NCBI GenBank assembly: GCA_037447605.1
Contig: CM074815.1
Span: 1,364,001-1,428,000 of the forward strand
DNA length: 64,000 nt
Direction: 5' to 3'
From: Zygnema circumcarinatum SAG 698-1b
Lineage: Eukaryota > Plantae > Zygnematophyceae
Shown: in pieces, positions 9,599-21,234 of the stretch
Position numbering within the stretch: position 1 is the first letter of the stretch
Layout: every line of letters begins with the position of its first letter
Notes under the pieces: generated by a model
Told to the model about the DNA's origin: nothing
Database searches by the model: none
The model's input: the letters and a program-made list of their open reading frames with translations, nothing else
Translations under genes and position numbers: made by a program

Positions 9599-11227
9599 TG
9601 TTGGTGTGAGGGGGCAGAAGGAGAGACTAGTGGAAGAATAAAACATGCTTGAGTGAAACTCCAAAACCTCTTCCACTTCTACTTAGTCCACATACCGCTT
9701 CCGCCACGATATGCCTTCTCTTCCTCCCCTCACCAGGTGCGCACAGCGGATAACAAAACGCGTCACCTACAAGAACACTTCTTCATCTCCTCCATGGTCT
9801 TGGCTCCTTCAGCTCCACGCTCCTCCAATGGTCTCCACGTGTGATGCGACACACCGCCCATACAATGGTCGCCTCCACTCATCCATCACTCCAATCCAAC
9901 ACAAGGATTCACATGTGACAAATGACACAAGTATAAGGAGAAAGCCCTCGGCCCTAAAACTCCTTAACATTCAAAGGTGTAATACAAGCTCTCTTAGGAA
10001 ATCTACATATAACCTTATGCCCGATTCTCCTCCTCACATGAGCACTACCCTATCCACTGATAGGCAGCTTACACCCCAACTGCAGTAGCTAAGCACTATA
10101 TGCTTGCTTGAACTTCTCCTCTACCTCAACACGAGAGGGACACATCTCTAACTCTTTCACTAGAGCTAACCATGATGAGAGACAGTTCTTTCACGACCCC
10201 CTACACAAGGCCGGACTCCTCAAGGCCTCCGCCTCTGCCTACTCTTCCTAACACGAAGGTTGAGCAGCATAACGTTTCGAGTGAGTGAGTATGAGCGAGC
10301 AAGTAGGGAGCCAAGCTTGCTCCCTCATATACTATGGCGGCCATTGTCACGTGACGCCGTCATGTCACGGCCACCCATGCAGCGCCTTACAAGGGCCTTA
10401 TCCTGATCTTAATCGTGCTCCGTCGGATCCTCCTTGGCTCACACGGATCCAGCTCCTCAGCCCGTCGGATCCAACTCAGCCTCATCTTGATCCTCGTCCT
10501 GCACCGTACGATCTGACTCCTCACTAACTCAGCTGCATGTGGGACCCCGTAAGCCTCCAAGTCAGCCACAGCCTAGGCCCTACAGGCCTTACCGATGTGA
10601 CACGTGGCGCCTTCAGGATCCCCGCCAGTGTCCTCTCCACATGAGATCACTCCAGGTTCGGTCACCTCCTCACTCCTGATTCAGCCGGCGACATCTCGCG
10701 GCCGCGCCCTTGTTGCTTTCGTGCAGGCGTCGCACCACGTCACTATGGCTCCGCCGCGGTATCTGCCCCTCGGCCACCGGCCAGAATCCGTACTCGGAGG
10801 GCATCCTAGTCATGCGAGGTGTGCGCAAGGAGTGGTGGCGATCTGTCACTGCTCGCAGCGACGACCGGTCATGTCACTTGTGGGATTCACCTTCGGCACC
10901 CGGGAAACTCCACGTTGCGAACTTATGCCCCACATCGTTGCCGTACAGTGCGCGCGCATCCGTAGTGGCGCTCAAACCAATTCCATAATGCATTCAGCGC
11001 ACCCCCCCTTTGTGCGAGGTCTAGGGCCTAAGCCGTGAATCTGCAACCCTCAACCTTCCCTGCAACCCCCGTGCATTGCCCTAACATTTGGGCATCCCCC
11101 ATGTTTGGTCCTATACCAAACATGACCATTCATGCATGACATTGTCCCTACATCAACACATGATCTCCCGGACAACATCCATGCTAGGAACTAAGTACCA
11201 ACACCTTGATGTACCTATACATCAACA
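9599..11227 (-). mobile_element. Solo LTR of family F
   Basis: TG...CA termini, TSD GAGGG at 9594-9598 and 11228-11232, homologous along its length to the LTR at 48174-49789. Removing it joins ORFs 9309 and 11252 in frame (EVEG-SFQPSVVEQPEY). Confidence 0.93.
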
Positions 11228-13348
11228 GAGGGGTCCTTTCAACCCAGTGTAGTGGAGCAGCCCGAGTACAAGGTTGCAACTACAAAGGAATACCCGGTTG
11301 CTGGACCTATGAGGAGTTCAGCGGAAGCGCCCAGGATCGAGTGTGGAAGGCGACCAAGTGAGGATCAAGAGGGGGATGATGATCTCTCGGGCCTTTGGAT
11401 CAAGAGGGGGCAGCTTGTTCAGACAAGGGAGCATACATGTAGTTGTGGGACACTAGGGAATTGTAGTGGTCTCATGAAACTAGGGCCCAAGGGGAACTAA
11501 GTACCAAGAGGGGGATTGTTAGTGTAAAGTAGTTAGCGACTTGTTGTACACTAAGTTGTTGGTACTAAGTTCTAAGGAGGGGTGTGCTCATGTTGTCGAC
11601 ATTGTACGGAGGGGCGTCTAGGCGACCGTACAAGTCTTTAAGGGGTGTGCGTGTAGCGCGCAGAGTCTGATTTGGCAAGGCAAGGCATGGGGAGAAAACC
11701 GATTGGAGCCAATCGGTGGTGATGCGATTTGTGGGGCGGAACCTCGAATAATGTCTGGACATTGGTGTTGATTGGCGCTGGCCCTTGGCGTGGCGGAGTC
11801 AGATGTATTTGTGGCGCGGCCGCGACTACAAATCGAAAGTGACAAGGCGCCGAATCAGCCCGGGCTTGGCCCGGCCCAGTGCCGAATTAAACTAATGATT
11901 CATTTGGAGGGCGATTGGCCGGGTGGAAGCGCCGTGTCGGAGGATGCAAAAGGAAGGCCTGTACGGCCTGGAGTGATTAGCGCTCGTAGGAAACACGGGG
12001 TCCCACATGGCGCCAAGTAATGGTCAGAATCCCTACGGTGGAGGGGCGGATGGAGATAAGGCTGGCCGGATCGGCTGGCATTGATGTACTGGATCGTGCA
12101 AGCTGAGGAGGATCAAAGCGGCGCTAATTAGGATCGGGATAAGGGTCTTGCAAGGCGTAGCATGTGCGGCCGTGACGTGACAATGTCACTCATGGCGCCA
12201 TATTGTATTTAAGGCTTAGATCGCTTGGTAGAAGTTAACCTTCTCGTGACTCACATTGGCAGTGAGGCAATCTTCCTTAGGGCCAAAGAGATAGTGGGAA
12301 GAGTTCAGCTTGTAGTGGGTGGTTTATTCACGTAGCTTGAGTAGAGGTGCTTGAAGCTTGGCTCTAGTGTTGTCAAGTTGTATTTCATCTTTATCTTAAG
12401 GAGTTTTAGGCTGGTGGCTTTCTCCTTACATTTTCATATTTCCGCTGAGTTGTTCTCTTGCATTTAGTGTGCTTTGTGTGATTGAGCAATTCATTGAAGA
12501 TGTCGAGTTCTACCCAGGGTAGAGGAGAAGTGGCAGCCCCACCAAGGGAGGGCGCTGCAACAACAAGTTTTGCATGGGCCCCAGCCCAACCAACCTGCCA
12601 TTCACCAGCAGGGTTTCTCCGCTAACTCCTTTCGTCAGCATATCGGCGGCTTGCTCCTTCGTACCTACGAACTTCACATCGATCAAACCCTCCTCGACCA
12701 ACTCCCGTACATAATGGTACTGCACTCTGATGTGCTTGGTCCGCTTGTGAAACACCGGGTTTCCCACCAGGGCAATCGATGATTGATTATCGGTGAACAA
12801 GGTAATCGGGCGTTGTTCTCTCTTGCATTCATCAAAGAAGTGCTGAAACCACACGCCCTCCTTTGCAGCATGACAAGCACCCATGTACTCGCCCTCTGTA
12901 CTCGATAACGCTACCGAGTCCTGCAACTTGGAGCTCCACGAAATCGCTCCACCTCCATACAGGTAAATGAAACCTGAAGTCGAGCGCGATGTATCTACAT
13001 CACCGCCCCAATCTGAGTCTGTATAGCCAATCACTCTGGTTGGCCCCCTCTCATACCTGATCCCATAATCAAGCGTCCCTCTCACATATCTGAATATCCT
13101 TTTCACGGCCTCCCAATGCTCGAGGCCCGGATTCTCCATGAATCGGCTGGCCGAGCTCACTGCTTTCGCCAGATCCGGACGCGTTCCAATCATCAGGTAC
13201 ATCAGACTCCCAATTGCAGACCTGTAAGGCACACCGAACATCTTCTGTGCCTCTGCTGCACTCGAAGGTGACATCTCCTTCGACAATCTAGCGCCTATCT
13301 CCATCGGGCTGGAGCACGGCCTAGAATCTTCCATGTGGNNNNNNNNNN

Positions 13349-14397
13349 AGATAGTGGGAAGAGTTCAGCTTGTAGTGGGTGGTTTATTCACGTAGCTTGA
13401 GTAGAGGTGCTTGAAGCTTGGCTCTAGTGTTGTCAAGTTGTATTTCATCTTTATCTTAAGGAGTTTTAGGCTGGTGGCTTTCTCCTTACATTTTCATATT
13501 TCCGCTGAGTTGTTCTCTTGCATTTAGTGTGCTTTGTGTGATTGAGCAATTCATTGAAGATGTCGAGTTCTACCCAGGGTAGAGGAGAAGTGGCAGCCCC
13601 ACCAAGGGAGGGCGCTGCAACAACAAGTTTTGCATGGGCCCCAGCCCAACCAACCTGCCATTCACCAGCAGGGTTTCTCCGCTAACTCCTTTCGTCAGCA
13701 TATCGGCGGCTTGCTCCTTCGTACCTACGAACTTCACATCGATCAAACCCTCCTCGACCAACTCCCGTACATAATGGTACTGCACTCTGATGTGCTTGGT
13801 CCGCTTGTGAAACACCGGGTTTCCCACCAGGGCAATCGATGATTGATTATCGGTGAACAAGGTAATCGGGCGTTGTTCTCTCTTGCATTCATCAAAGAAG
13901 TGCTGAAACCACACGCCCTCCTTTGCAGCATGACAAGCACCCATGTACTCGCCCTCTGTACTCGATAACGCTACCGAGTCCTGCAACTTGGAGCTCCACG
14001 AAATCGCTCCACCTCCATACAGGTAAATGAAACCTGAAGTCGAGCGCGATGTATCTACATCACCGCCCCAATCTGAGTCTGTATAGCCAATCACTCTGGT
14101 TGGCCCCCTCTCATACCTGATCCCATAATCAAGCGTCCCTCTCACATATCTGAATATCCTTTTCACGGCCTCCCAATGCTCGAGGCCCGGATTCTCCATG
14201 AATCGGCTGGCCGAGCTCACTGCTTTCGCCAGATCCGGACGCGTTCCAATCATCAGGTACATCAGACTCCCAATTGCAGACCTGTAAGGCACACCGAACA
14301 TCTTCTGTGCCTCTGCTGCACTCGAAGGTGACATCTCCTTCGACAATCTAGCGCCTATCTCCATCGGGCTGGAGCACGGCCTAGAATCTTCCATGTG
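13349..14397. other. Gap-flanked duplicate of ~12289-13338 (probable assembly overlap)
   Basis: Appears identical at an offset of 1060 nt and is bounded on both sides by 10-N gaps. Confidence 0.8.
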
Positions 14398-17300
14398 NNN
14401 NNNNNNNGTTCCAATCATCAAGTACATTAGACTCTCAATCGCGGATCTATACGGCACTCCGAACATCTTCTGTGCCTTCGCATCTGTCGAAGGTGAAATC
14501 TCCTTCGATAGCCTAGTGCCTACCTCCATGGGGCTGGAGCATGGCCTAGAATCCTCCATTCGAAAACGGGCAAGCACATCTGAAGCATACTTCTTTTGAC
14601 ATAGAAACAAGCTTCCATCCTGCCCCCTCTTCAGCTGCATTCCTAGCAGATACTGCGCCTCCCCCAAATCTGACATCTTGAAATTTGCTTGAAGCAACTC
14701 TTTCAAGGAAACGATTCTTTCAAGCGAGAGGCTCACCATTATGAGATCGTCAACATAGATCCCGACGAACATGATGTCCGCCCCCTCTCCTTGACGGTAC
14801 ACAGAATGATCTGTTTCGAATCGGTCAAATCCATTCCTTCGTAGAAGATCATCTATCTTCTCGTACCACACTCTGGGCGCCTGCTTCAAACCATATAGGC
14901 TCTTCACTAGTCGACAGACTAGGTGTTCCTTCCCTGGGGCCACCTTCCCCTCCGGCTGCTCCATGTAGATCTCTTCCGTTAGATCTCCGTACAGGAATGC
15001 CGTCTTGATGTCCAACTGATGGACATGCATTCCTTCAGCCGCTGCGATGGAAATCAAGGCTCTCAAGGAGTTGAACTTTACCACTGGAGCGAAAGTCTCC
15101 ACGTAGTCAACTCCATACTTCTGGGCGTATCCCTTCGCCACTAGCCGCGCCTTGTATCTGTCCACGCTTCCGTCTGCCTTCCTCTTGACTTTGAAGACCC
15201 ATTGCGACCAATGGCTGGCCTCCCGCCAGGGAACCCAGCTCCTCCAACCTCCGCGATGTAGTTCTCTATCAAAATTTGTCCACTTTCTTCTCGATAGCCA
15301 CCGCCATTTATGCGCCATCGACTCCGTGCGTGTGCTTCTGAGATGCATTGGTTCCGTGATCATAAAGCAATGGGCAACTCCCACGAGGTCAGCTGAATCT
15401 GAAGGCACTCTTTCTTGGATGAGGTTGTTCTCAGGCGAGTACCGATCTGGTCGCCTCCTGTCCCGACTGCTCTTCCGAATCTCCTTCGCGCTTCGTCCTC
15501 TCGGATAGAAGTAGAGTCCGGGTACAAAACCTGGAGGCATGTTAGCTAACATAGCCTCTCTCTCGGCCGCTTCAAGGTCCTCTAACTCTTGCGTGTGCAG
15601 CGGCACCGTCTCCACGGAGTTCTCCTCTTCCTCACTCAACTGAGTGTGCACTGGAATCGTCTCCGTCGAATTCTGCGGCTCCTCCGCATGCGCCTCCTCT
15701 GGCGACTCTCCAACATCAGCAGGCTCGCTTGACGCAGCTGCTGGCTCGGCTCCTTCACTCTGTGATGTGCTGGCATCCTGCACAGTGACATCACGCTCTC
15801 CACTCGTCTCTCCCTCCTCATACACGATCTCAAAATCCGCTTTTGGCTGGAGGAGATCGAGAGTCTACAACAGCTCCTTGACACTTCCCTCATCAGCTCT
15901 TAATGTTACCGTGCTCGGGACCTCCTAGCGGTCGAGGGTTCCACTACCTATACGTCGCATTTGTTGGTATTTTATAGCGAAACATAACCCTCCACGCTTT
16001 CGGGGGTCAAACTTCTTCTACGTCGCGCCTTGGGCAGTCGCATTTAACATCAGCGCCAAAGGTCCTCGGTGGGAAAGCGTAGGGCTTCCTCCCCTCCACA
16101 TACGCTTTCGGGGACCTGGTGCTTCGAGCAGAAGGCGGACATGTTTCTAATAATGCGCCCGATTAGAAACCGCTTCTCCCCAAAAAGAAGCTGGAAAGGG
16201 GGAATCAATCAACATGGTCCGAGCCATGTCCCCCAATGTCCGATTCACTCGCTCAGCTGCTCCATTGCTCTGAGGGGAATAGGGGGCAGAGAATTCATGC
16301 CTTATACCGCGGTTCTTCAGGAACTCTGCGAACTCCTTCGATTTGAATTCGCCGCCATTATGCGGCGCAAAGCCTTCAACTACAATCTGATTCTGTCTCC
16401 TTCCAGTTCGACCAATCTGGCTCTCGAAAGCCTCGACTTGTTCTTGAGGGCGTAATCAAATCTTCCTAAAATGTCATTTGAGCGTGTGAAAATGCTTACG
16501 TGCTCCACCGTTGGTCGCCGGTGTAATTGGGCCACACAAGTCAGAATGTACCAATTCCAACTTCTCTCGCGCTCGATAGGACTCGTCTCCACTCCTCACG
16601 AATGGTCTCCTGTGCGCCTTGCCCTCCACACACTCCTGGCACAACCCAAGCTCCTTCTCCACTACACCCGGGTCTAGCCCACGGACTAACCCCTTCGCAG
16701 CCAACTGCTGCATTCCTCTATGGTGTAAGTGACCAAGTCTTCTATGCCATACATCTACGGCATTCTCTGAGATTGCATTGGCATGCTCATAATTCTCCCT
16801 CTTATAATCAAGATAATACAGCCCTCCTCTCTCATAACCCCTAAACAGCTGTCTCCCAGTTTCTGTATGGATGGCCACGCATGACTTCTCCTCAAACAGA
16901 ACACTGTATCCTTTCTTACACACTTGGCTAACAGACATGAAATTCTGCCTTTAGCTCAGGGGTGTGAAGAACGTCACCAATTGACAACTTCTCTTGTATG
17001 TCTTCTTCATTGATGACCGAGCCGTCTCCGAGTATCATCCTCACGGCTCCACCTCTCGTCACGGTGACTCCTTCACCGGTTGCTGAATGGACTGAGCGTG
17101 TCTTCTCCAAGTCGTCGAGCTTGGAGAACATCGATGTGTCTCCGCACATATGCGTAGAAGCGCCGGAATCAATCAGCCACGGCCGCTTCGGATCCTCTAC
17201 CTGAATCCTTCCCACAAACGCATTCTCAGTATTCTCCGCCAGCATGAGGTTGTTCTCAACTGCTACCTTGCAGTCTGAACTCCTGTGGCCTCTCTTCTTG

Positions 17301-17908
17301 CATTTGAAGCAAGTGCCACTGAACGCCTTCTTCTCCTTCTTGCTGGATGAAGTCGCGTTTCCTCCCTTCTCTTGGCTGCCTCTGTTCTTGAAGCAATCGC
17401 TGGAGTAGTGGCCGATCTTGCCACACGTATAACACGTAATCGCCGAGCGTTCTCCTCGGGCTGACTTTGGGGCGCCTCCTCTTCGATTCGGTCGAGTGTG
17501 CAACGCAAGCACTTTCTCCTCAGGGCTGCCGACATCCTGAATGGAGTCCTCCTCCTTTATCCTACGCTTGACTTGCTCAAGAGTCATCGTGGTATTAGTC
17601 AGGACTGTCCTCAAAGCCGCCACTGCCACATCGAATCTACTGGTCAAACCCCCTAGAAACTGGCTTATCTTATGGTCTGCCTCTAATGGTTTCCCAAGGG
17701 CTATGAACCTCTCCATCAGAGCATCAAACCTGACCATATAAGCTTCTAGTTTCTCATCTGAAGTCATCTTCATCTTGCCTAGCTGCGTGTAAAGACTGAC
17801 GATCGTCACATTGTCTTTTACATCATACATTTCCTCTAGGCATCTCCACATGGCATGAGAGGTCTTCAGATCATAAAGCATAGAGGACGGACTTCCTCNN
17901 NNNNNNNN

Positions 17909-19206
17909 CTTCGTACAGGGGTCACATGGGAGTTGCCAGAACTCGTGAGGCACTGCTCCGAGAGTTCTGGTGGCCTGGACTCTCGAGGGACGTGAAAGCG
18001 TATGTACTCGCTTGTCCAACTTGTCAACGAAACAAACCCCGCACTGGCAAGATCCCTGGCCAGCTGCATCCCCTCACACCTCCTTTTCGGAAATGGGATA
18101 GTGTGGGTATGGACCTGATCACAGATCTTCCTGTGACCCCTCGGGGGCATGACTCCATCCTCGTCTTTGTCGATCGGCTCAGCAAGATGGTGCATTTTGC
18201 ACCAACTACTAAGACCGCTGGGGCCGACGAGATTGCACGGTTGTATGTTGACAAAGTGTGGAGCCAGCATGGTCTTCAGTCAGAAATTGTGTCTGACCGT
18301 GATCCACGATTCACCGGCCATTTTTGGACGGAAGTGCTCAAAATCGTTGGGACCAAGCAGGCGTTGAGTACAGCTTTCCACCCGCAAACCGATGGCCAGA
18401 CGGAACGGGTGAACAGGATCCTGGAGGATTACCTCCGGCATTATGTGGGACCTACCCCGGATGGGTGGGACGAACTGCTCCCAGTGGCTGAGTATGCCAT
18501 CAATAATGCTTACCAGGAGTCCATTGGTACCACCCCTTTCTTCTTGAACTTTGGCCAGCATCCTCTAAATCCCCTGCAACCAAGGGATCAGCCCCCTGAT
18601 CCGTGGAACATGGGCGTCCACAGAACCCCCGATCCTTGGAAGCTGAGAGGGACTGATGGGACTCAACCTCCCGCAGTCAGATCTTTTGTCCGGCTAATGT
18701 CTGAGGCGCTGCAGAGGGCACGGCAGACCCTGCTAGCGGCCCAGTCGCGACAAAAGGCCTATGCTGACCGTCACCGTACCCAACTCACCTTCAACGAAGG
18801 CGATGAGGTGTTGCTAAGTACGGCGAACTTGAGACTCAAAGCTTATGGCGGAACACGTAAGCTGTGGCCCCGTTTCATCGGACCTTTTAAGGTCGTGAAG
18901 CGAATCAATGAGGTCGCTTACCGGTTGGATTTACCAGCTCACATGAAGGTGCATCCGGTCTTTCACGTGGGATTGCTAAAGGTCTACCGTAGCGATGGGA
19001 GGATCCAGCCACCTCCCCCACCAGTGGAACTTGAAGGTGAACTTGAGTATGAGGTTGAAACCATTCAAGCCCACCGTCTTGTGAGAAAGGGTCGATCTTC
19101 CCGTCACGAATACCTCGTGAAGTGGTTGGGCTATGGGGTTGAACATAGCACATGGGAAGCCGAGGGCAACTTAACCAATTGCCAGGAGCTCATCAACTTG
19201 TACTAG
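17909..19206 (+). CDS. pol: Gypsy integrase plus chromodomain (family C)
   Basis: WWPGL...CPTCQ zinc finger, MDLITDLP, IVSDRDPRFT, AFHPQTDGQTERVNR, GPFKV, chromodomain YLVKWLGYGVEHSTWE. Confidence 0.95.
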
Positions 19207-19412
19207 GAAGCCGGGAGGCCGGAGGAGAGCTGGGCCAGGGGTGGCCCTGGGGGTTCCTAAGCTGTCCGCCACAACCGCAAAGGGACTCACCGGGATCACC
19301 GCGAGCCTTCCCCTATCACGCAGGCTTCGACGCGTGCGTTGAAACTACGAGCCGCCCTTTACCACCCACACGCGTGAACGAGGGCGTTCACACTCTCACA
19401 GGGGGGGAGTAA

Positions 19413-20063
19413 TGTAGCGAAACGCTACAGTCACCCCAAGGGGAAGGGTTACTTAGAGCCCGGCGTGGCTTTATGTTTCCATCCAATGCAGTACCTAACG
19501 GTTAGGGCATCGGATACCCTATAGGACCACGGAGGTCCTAGGTTCGAACCGTAAGAACTGGTTCACACGTGGGGGCACCACATAGTCACGGTGCGCCCCA
19601 CACCAGCAGCCAAGGTCCCCTCCTCGGCTTAAGGGAGGATTGGGGATTACCGGCACCACGGGACCAATCCGTCCGCGATTGATCTCGCCCGATCCCCTTT
19701 TGGTTTCGCCGCCCGCATAATTACGGGTACCCGCTGGTACGGACGAGCTACATTAGCCTAACTCACGCAAGGATCCACCGCACTGGTGATGCGCGCCGCG
19801 GAATGCGGTGAGCGTTCGTACGTTGTACACCTCTGGCCCATTCGGGTCAGAGAGGGACACGTGGCAGTCTGCCATTGGACAGCCCTGCTTCCAATCCTCC
19901 ATGCTGGTAGGAGGTTCAACGGGGGAAGCGTAAAGGGGCGAGGGTGACTGTCGTCACCCAACCAACGTACCGGCATTCGGTTGCTCCCCCGCTCGGGGCT
20001 GCGCCACCCTCTGAAGTTCTTGCTCTTTCTCTCTTGCCCTCTCTCGCTGAACTCGGAGTGCTG
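19413..20063 (+). repeat. 3' LTR of family C (end lost in N gap)
   Basis: Follows PPT GGGGGGGAGTAA and has the same start as 1998 and 5289. Confidence 0.88.
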
Positions 20064-21234
20064 NNNNNNNNNNNNNNNNNNNNNNNNNNNNNNNNNNNNN
20101 NNNNNNNNNNNNNNNNNNNNNNNNNNNNNNNNNNNNNNNNNNNNNNNNNNNNNNNNNCTGGAACTGAAGAGGAAGAAGAGAAGAACAAGACAACAAACCA
20201 CACAGCAAATACAAATACTATGCCCAGCGCTAAAAGACAAACTAGCATCACTGACATCCCATCTACTTCTAACTGTTATGCAATCTTGAGTCTTAGTAGG
20301 GACAGTCTCTGATTGGCCAACTGCCCACTGAGAGGCCTGACTGACTACGTGGAGACTTCTGATAGGTCAACAAACGACAATCGGCGGCATTATGCGGCGC
20401 TTCCGAGTGCGCCTTGCTGGATGGTGTGCCGTTCCGTGGGCCGCCAACGCATGGCGCCGCCTTCTCTCAATCTCCGTTGGCAGCTCCTGGATTCCGCTGA
20501 TCCGTGACACGGAAGAGGCATATGTCAAGTACAATTGAACTGATGCAGATCCGTCGAACGCAGCTCCGTGACGCTACATCCCCCTGTAGTACGAATAGTA
20601 TGAATAGTACGAATATACGAATAGTACGGCTAACACGAAGTTACCGTACAAAAAAGTGGTTTCGGCAAAATTGGTGCGAATTTATTGGTGACGCACTTTT
20701 GGAGGTGGAAAATATGATGGGGTCCTACTGTACAGTACACCTACACCGTACGGTTTATCCGTATTGATCATCCGTACGATTTGTCATTCAAAAAGTGGCG
20801 CAGAACCGTCTTGGCAGGTCTCCCTGCCGCCGGTCTGCTTGGTCCGAGCAAGGCAGGGCAGGGCAGGGCTGCGGCTGCCCCTCCTGCCTCCCTCCGCAGC
20901 CTTGCAGGAGTCCTGAATGTGACCAGGACGATGGAATGGTGCAGAGATTGTGGAGGCAGGTCAGGCTGTTTTTGCAGCTATTGCATGCGTCAATAAGCAG
21001 GGGTGCGCGCCTACTTGTTGGGGCTACAAATCCGTGCAGGAATGGCTGGCTGGTTAAGGCAGGAGAAGAAGGCGAGTGCTCAAGAGATGAGGGCTTCGTC
21101 CTGCAGCTGCAGCTTTACTCGCGCAGGATTTTAGGAGGCCATAGGTTTGAAAGGCTCGTTCATGGCGGTGGTTTCAACAATTTGGACGCATAGCATGACG
21201 AGCTGAGTGATTCTGATTGAGCAACGGGCACAAG

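Larger units (their letters stand above)
7382..12565 (+). mobile_element. Copia-lineage LTR element (family D), gag-bearing and apparently non-autonomous
   Basis: LTRs 7382-8410 and 11517-12565. TSD AGTTT at 7377-7381 and 12566-12570. PBS TGGTATCAGAGCC at 8413-8425, PPT CCAAGAGGGGGAT before 11517. Removing D restores the end of E's RNase H (GLGPMQN-stop). Confidence 0.92.
6394..17898 (-). mobile_element. Ty1/copia retrotransposon (family E), frameshifted gag-PR-IN-RT-RH, with element D nested near its PPT
   Basis: Minus strand: UBN2-type gag, two CCHC knuckles, WLIDSGASTHMC protease, DVWHRRLGH, LVHSDLCGP integrase, RYKARLVAKGY and YVDDL RT, RNase H (VALSSTEGEY, TKHIRVQYH). PPT AGAGGGGGAT at 7357-7366 and 3' LTR 6394-7356. 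The 5' LTR is lost in the gap. Confidence 0.93.
1998..20063 (+). mobile_element. Ty3/gypsy chromovirus (family C), interrupted by nested insertions
   Basis: 5' LTR 1998-2740, PBS 2742-2754, gag 2904-4304, pol pieces 4277-5288, 5711-6393 and 17909-19206, PPT 19401-19412, 3' LTR from 19413 into the N gap. The two LTRs diverge beyond ~150 bp, so they may come from two related copies. Confidence 0.85.

Noticed and set aside
12289-14397. Apparent 1060-bp tandem duplication of an LTR end plus copia RNase H, giving a 751-aa ORF with a repeated segment
   Set aside because: The second copy looks identical and is bounded by 10-N gaps on both sides, which is typical of overlapping contigs joined in scaffolding.
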